Assembly (NCBI GenBank): GCA_963753345.1
Contig: CAVWBU010000007.1
Location: 1-16,449, forward strand
Source: an uncultured Fibrobacterota bacterium
GTDB taxonomy: Bacteria > Fibrobacterota > Chitinivibrionia > Chitinivibrionales > FEN-1185
Reading direction: 5' to 3'
Length of the DNA stretch: 16,449 bases
A program made the translations under genes and the position numbers. Each line of letters begins with the position of its first letter. Position 1 is the stretch's first letter. The notes under the pieces were generated by a model that did not search any database, was not told the DNA's origin, and saw only the letters and a program-made list of their open reading frames with translations. Shown piece after piece: positions 15,349-16,449 of this stretch.

Positions 15349-15493
15349 CGCGCGCCAGGCCGGACCGGAGGGTGAGCCATAGCGAATTGCCGGCCGACCC
15401 CTCGCCAAAGGCGACTTGGGGCGGTCCGGCAACGAGGCGAATAGCCGAGCCCGGAGGGAGGGCCGCCGACGCGCTCAGCGCGGCGGGGCGCCC
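15349..15493. other. Structured GC-rich intergenic element 2 (repeat-like or ncRNA)
   Basis: Long hairpin TTGCCGG...TCGCC-AAA-GGCGA...CCGGCAA (15387-15432), CCGGAGGG direct repeats (15365-15372, 15451-15458), second hairpin 15463-15486. Confidence 0.6.
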
Positions 15494-15540
15494 AATTCTT
15501 ACTCCTGATTTCCAGGTGCCCCCACCAAGAGTTTTAATCT

Positions 15541-16449
15541 ATGGAAATCCGCTCCCTTCCAAAACCATTTCCCTACTCCGTCCCGGAAGTCCTCCAAAAC
15601 CAAATCTCCGCTCTCACCTACCGCCAGTGGCTTAATGTCAAGGCCTCATCCCTGCGTAAAAGAGACCTGCGAACCCATAAGCCGTTTGCAAACGCCACCC
15701 CGCGCAATGTCTACATGCAAAAACTTAATAGCGCGGTGATCGCAACCGGCCTGTTCGATCCGTATACGGGCGACGCTCTCCGGTGGGACCTCATCGGAAC
15801 GTGGGACCCGGCCACGGCAAAAGGCAACGCCGGATACAAAAGGGAATACGATCGGCTCCCCACCGCGGACCATGTAAACCCGGACGCGAATGGCCTCGAA
15901 TTTGAAATATGTTCCTGGATGTCAAACACCGCCAAGACGTTCCTGGCCCCGCGCCAGTTCGTGGCCCTGTGCGCGCAGATTACGGCCTACCGGTCAAAGC
16001 AGACAGTACGAAAAACCGGGACGACCCCGGTGTACCGGCTTCCCGTCTTCCTGAGCGGCATATGCGCGCCCGCCGTTTACCGGAAATGGCTCGACACGCG
16101 CGCGAAACAGGAATACAAACGCGATGTCGCACTCAAGCGTCCCTGCGCCGCGGCAGGGTCAAAAAGCCTGTACAAGCAGGCGATTCACGACGCGGTCGTC
16201 GCAGGCAAGGCCATAGACCCGTTTACCGGTTGCGCACTCCGGTGGGACCTCATCGAAACATGGGGGAATGCCGCGCCGAAAGACAGGGCAAACCGTGAAA
16301 AAGAATTTTCCCTCCTTCCCACGGTCGACCATACCGATCCCTCTTCCCCGGTGATCGGCTTCGAAATATGCTCCTGGCTTGTCAACGACTCCAAAGGAAA
16401 CTTGTCGGCGAAAGAGTATGTCGATTATTGCGGGCGGGTGGTTGAACAT
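15541..16449 (+). CDS. Tandem HNH-like (beta-beta-alpha-metal) domain protein, 3' truncated by the window (at least 303 aa)
   Basis: Manual translation from ATG 15541 has no stop to the window end. Two ~153-aa repeats, each with Y.[QK]WL, DP[YF]TG.ALRWDLI.TW, LPT[AV]DH..P, FEICSW..N..K..L....[FY]V..C. Confidence 0.8.
   Translation, partial: MEIRSLPKPFPYSVPEVLQNQISALTYRQWLNVKASSLRKRDLRTHKPFANATPRNVYMQKLNSAVIATGLFDPYTGDALRWDLIGTWDPATAKGNAGYKREYDRLPTADHVNPDANGLEFEICSWMSNTAKTFLAPRQFVALCAQITAYRSKQTVRKTGTTPVYRLPVFLSGICAPAVYRKWLDTRAKQEYKRDVALKRPCAAAGSKSLYKQAIHDAVVAGKAIDPFTGCALRWDLIETWGNAAPKDRANREKEFSLLPTVDHTDPSSPVIGFEICSWLVNDSKGNLSAKEYVDYCGRVVEH

Noticed and set aside
15370-15452. HDV-like ribozyme suggested by GGCAAC...GGCGAAT words
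   Set aside because: I could not build the P1/P2/P3 nested pseudoknot; the region folds better as a simple long hairpin.
14894-16449. Track ORFs 14894-15301, 15004-15432, 15072-15329, 15345-15635, 15909-16298 and 16159-16449
   Set aside because: They cross hairpin elements or overlap the better-supported 15541 frame, which shows a conserved internal protein duplication.

Overview
Bacterial chromosomal window, mostly GC-rich housekeeping DNA. It holds guaA (minus strand), tRNA-Gln(CTG), tRNA-Glu(CTC), tRNA-Val(GAC), then thrS-infC-rpmI-rplT-pheS-pheT and zapB-zapA-(structured 6S-like spacer)-rny. Three accessory pieces are embedded. (1) At the left, an ~870-bp integrase-less cassette lies between two 70-bp direct repeats that include the 3' end of guaA. 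It has an IHF-consensus site and arm-like repeats, and carries a small ORF plus a nucleotidyltransferase. (2) A lower-GC secreted 14-blade Asp-box beta-propeller gene with a T9SS-like C-terminal domain sits between tRNA-Glu and tRNA-Val. (3) After rny, ~450 nt of multi-hairpin non-coding DNA precede an ORF absent from the supplied track (15541 to the window end, at least 303 aa) made of two tandem ~153-aa HNH-like domains. An FCB-group host (e.g. Fibrobacterota-like) is a weak inference from the C-terminal sorting-type domain. No CRISPR array, rRNA, transposase or integrase is seen. All structure and alignment calls were made by eye.
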